This document shows, piece by piece, positions 60,792 to 64,000 of a DNA stretch of 64,000 nucleotides. Positions within the stretch are counted from its first letter, which is position 1; every line of letters begins with the position of its first letter. This stretch comes from Hydrurus foetidus (Eukaryota): NCBI GenBank assembly GCA_900617105.1, contig UYFQ01000173.1:1-64000 (forward strand). The letters are read 5' to 3'. The translations under genes and the position numbers were made by a program. A model generated the notes under the pieces. It worked only from the letters and a program-made list of their open reading frames with translations. It was not told the origin of the DNA and did not search any database.

Positions 60792-63581
60792 TTAATTATT
60801 GCGGACAAATTCTCTCTCGATCTCCATGATATTTCTGTGTGTTTTCTGCTTTGTTCTCATTGCTTCGATCTCTTTATGGGTAAGTGAAGACTGACTCCTC
60901 CTATCACTTACATCTAGATATAGTCGAATGTAGTCGCGAGCCCTCCTCTCGTATTTCCAGACGCGACTCAATGGTAAGATAGATTCATCTTGGCATAATG
61001 TTTTTACTCGGGCAATAAATTTCGCTCCTGCTTCCAACTTGGCTGCAGAATCGTTTTGCTGCCTCTGTTCATACTTCAATTTTCCCCATGCATACTCTAT
61101 GCCTCCACCTGCTGTCTCCGGAGTACAAACAACTGATGGTAACAAAATATGACCCCTCTTCTCGACGACATTTTGCGATGCAGTTCGCTCGAAACGGAAG
61201 TCGGGACATGCCCCTAGAATTGCGTGAGCATTAAGATGATCAGGTCTGATTTTGTGAGATGCGCCGTTCATAATGAGTCTTTCCTTACTCTTCTCATCTT
61301 GTCGACCTTGCATTCCAGGGACAAACTTTCCTCTCTCATACAAGATCTAAGGATTCAGGAAGAATGGATTGAAGCACGCGGTCGATTAGAGTGCGATCTT
61401 AATATCTTGTTACCTGGAAAAATCCTTTATTCTTGCCTACGTATCCTGGAACAACAAAAGGTGCATCAGCAATTTCATCTTTTGTCTCCTCATCATTATT
61501 AATTCGACTCTTGTTCGATCGCTTACGTTGCTCCTTGACTACTTCTGCCTCTGTCATAGGTCTATCGAAGGGAAGTGCTTTCATATCGTTGAATGGAGGA
61601 GGATCATCAGGACCGAACACCATTCGCTGAGTCATCCCAATGGTAAGCGCAACACCATTTATACTTGGTGGATCAGGTCCAAGGCAGCCCTCCTCCATTA
61701 CAGAATTTCTTTTTGGAATAGTTTTACCTCCCCAATTGCACCCCATAGCATTAACCATTAATCCATCCGATTGTTCTTTCAAATGACCTGATGAATGATC
61801 GACTTCTAACAGTATCTGCATTCCTGGATATAGTGTTTCAATTGCATCCATAAAGTCTATACACTGCTCTTGAAACTTGACGCCATCCCAGTAACCTTGT
61901 TTGCCTTTGCCATTTCCATATTCGAAAAATATCAGACCTGGACTTGAGCCCAACTCGAGGTCCTTCCGATGAGCAGTACCAGATTGAATGTAATTCTCCT
62001 TGCGTATGTTATTTATAAGAACAACCTCTTCATTGGTAAGGTGTAAACCAAATCCTCGCCACTCATCGAAGAAGCCACTGACCATAATACCCATACCCTC
62101 TGATTTCTGTCGTAAGTTTATCATGCCTTTTACATTCCAGCAGCTTGATAGCATCGCGAACTGCTTGAAGATTGCTTCATCTTGACCAACGTGGTATAGC
62201 GGTAGACGGCATTTGCACAATGCTGGATCATGCCTGTGACGACAAGGTAATGCATTCCATTCATCAGCACCGAGATTGTAGTAATACTCTCCTGGCCTTC
62301 CTGTTCTAGTGATCATCTCTTTTCTATACATTTCGTGAACCTCTTCATCTAAGTAGTCCACATGAATTTTTACTCTTGGATTAGGGTTGTCAGCCGTGAT
62401 AGATGGAAGGGTGGGATCAATCGAGCATGCCCTCAAAACCTTTTCCCTGTTATCTAAAGCCATTTGTGTTGCACTTGACAAGGAACTGTCAATCCAGACA
62501 GGCAGTCGGAGTGATGCCTGTAATTGAGCTGATCCGTATCTAGTAATTGTCATAAGGTAGACACGTTATTGCCATTGGATTAATAGAAGCTTTCATCGAA
62601 GCAAGTCACCTTTCTTTCAAGTCTTTCTTCGTGCTCTCAGCCTCGTGTGAATCTGTGTAGTATGATATAGTTGACTTTTCGTACTTGCATCCACATCTCA
62701 ACATCCATCTGTGAACTGTCGATCTTCGGAATGGCCTCAATTTGTTGAACGCCTGCAAACCAATAGCAGATTTCGGTGGGTCCTTCGCAATGAGAGCTTC
62801 TAAATCTCTTGTCGCAACGTCAACGGTTAGTTTCCTCTGATTCTTCAGATATATCTCGAACCTTAGCTTATAGCCATACTCCTCTAAGAATGAATCTCGA
62901 TCCCAAACACCCCTTGTGTCTTCCTTGAAACCTCCATTCTCAATGAATTCATTATACCACACAAGAGCAGTCTTCGGGCTTATCTTCTTGCAAGTCTGTC
63001 CTGCGACTTCCTCAGCTAAGCTTGCCATTGAATACAGTGTTCGAAACTTGTTCTTTTCAATTTCATGATCTTTTAGTCTCTCAAGTACTTGGTGTTTGTC
63101 ATTAATTTTCATCTTAAGATTAGCATCATTTAAATCCTCTGTCACAAGGCACCTCTCCAGTGCCATCTTTTTTATTGATCTCGCGCAGAAATGCTGTGAC
63201 TACTAGACACTGTGACATGACCCTTGTGAGCTGCGTCTCGCTTGTCGACTCCAGCGTCATATCTTCTTTTGTAAGATCAATCAAGGTGTCTTAAAGCGTT
63301 TGCTGTGCTGAAGATGTTGATCCAGTCGCACAGTGTCAGCCAATGCAGCTTCAGACGACTGGTAGCCACCAACATACTGCACTGCAACCCTCTTCGAAAG
63401 ATTCTTCGCAGCGATGCGGTAGGAATCTTTGTCCTTCTGTACAACGCTGTAAGACCACTTCGGCATGAGAAATTTTACACTGCTTTATTTCTGTAACGAT
63501 TTGAGTCGAAGTAAATAGGTCAAAAGATGCATCACACTTGCAGCAACTATGTGGCGCTCTTCGCTTAGCAAGGAACATCAT
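60792..63581 (-). pseudogene. IS630/Tc1/mariner-type transposase with introns at 61347-61413 and 62540-62609; 5' part has stops
   Basis: STVHRWM..G, GQDEAIF, GYWDG, EVDHSSGH, PDF..RGH..PE..IEYAWGKLK. Confidence 0.82.
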
Positions 63582-64000
63582 CTACAGATAGTTAAGCAGC
63601 ATCGCAATAGCCCTCAAATAAAGCAATGAGCAATAAAATTTGAATTTCAAAAATTTTGAGAAGCGAAAAGCACTGTGAGGACCGGACAGTGATTTCGGTT
63701 CTTTTGAGCTGTCGCAAATGAGAAACCGTTCGCCAGAAAAAAAGCAAAGTCAAAACGAATTTTTCTTCCGTCTCTTGGTGACACCAGCCTGTAGCTGGGT
63801 CCGCAGGGCGGCGGAGTGTTGTCTAAGATAATCACGTACCCCCTCCCCCCTCTCGTCAAACCAGAAAACTTTTTACAATACACGAATTTTACGGAAAGTA
63901 GATGAAATCCGTAGATTAAAACCGGATTCACCGACTATAAATACGGAAACAGTCTGACGAAAACAGATTTCGTTATTTTATATTCCAAATTATTTTACCG

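Overview
Eukaryotic, transposon-dense window. The host is probably a plastid-bearing stramenopile (ochrophyte); this is inferred from a bipartite plastid-targeting sequence, diatom-type Copia proteins and short GT-AG introns. Host genes: ZIP metal transporter, MYND+TPR protein, RAE1, an EEP-fold protein, an amino-acid transporter, a myristoylated EF-hand protein and a BT1 folate transporter. Mobile DNA: three chromodomain Ty3/Gypsy elements (one near-intact with identical 134-bp LTRs, one nested in a Copia), two CoDi-like Copia elements, Harbinger, MULE and long-spacer Tc1/mariner relics, and a MITE. Three signals stand out. (1) A covarying cloverleaf RNA with a T-loop-like arm and an ENE-like U-rich internal loop follows the pol stop of two divergent Gypsy elements. 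(2) Both Copia elements lack a tRNA (TGG) primer site, and the sequence just 3' of the 5' LTR is instead complementary to an internal LTR site, as in Tf1-type self-priming. (3) Three independent LTR insertions each lie about 90-110 bp from a G-run/AATCCTAGA motif. Everything was read by eye; no searches or folding programs were run.
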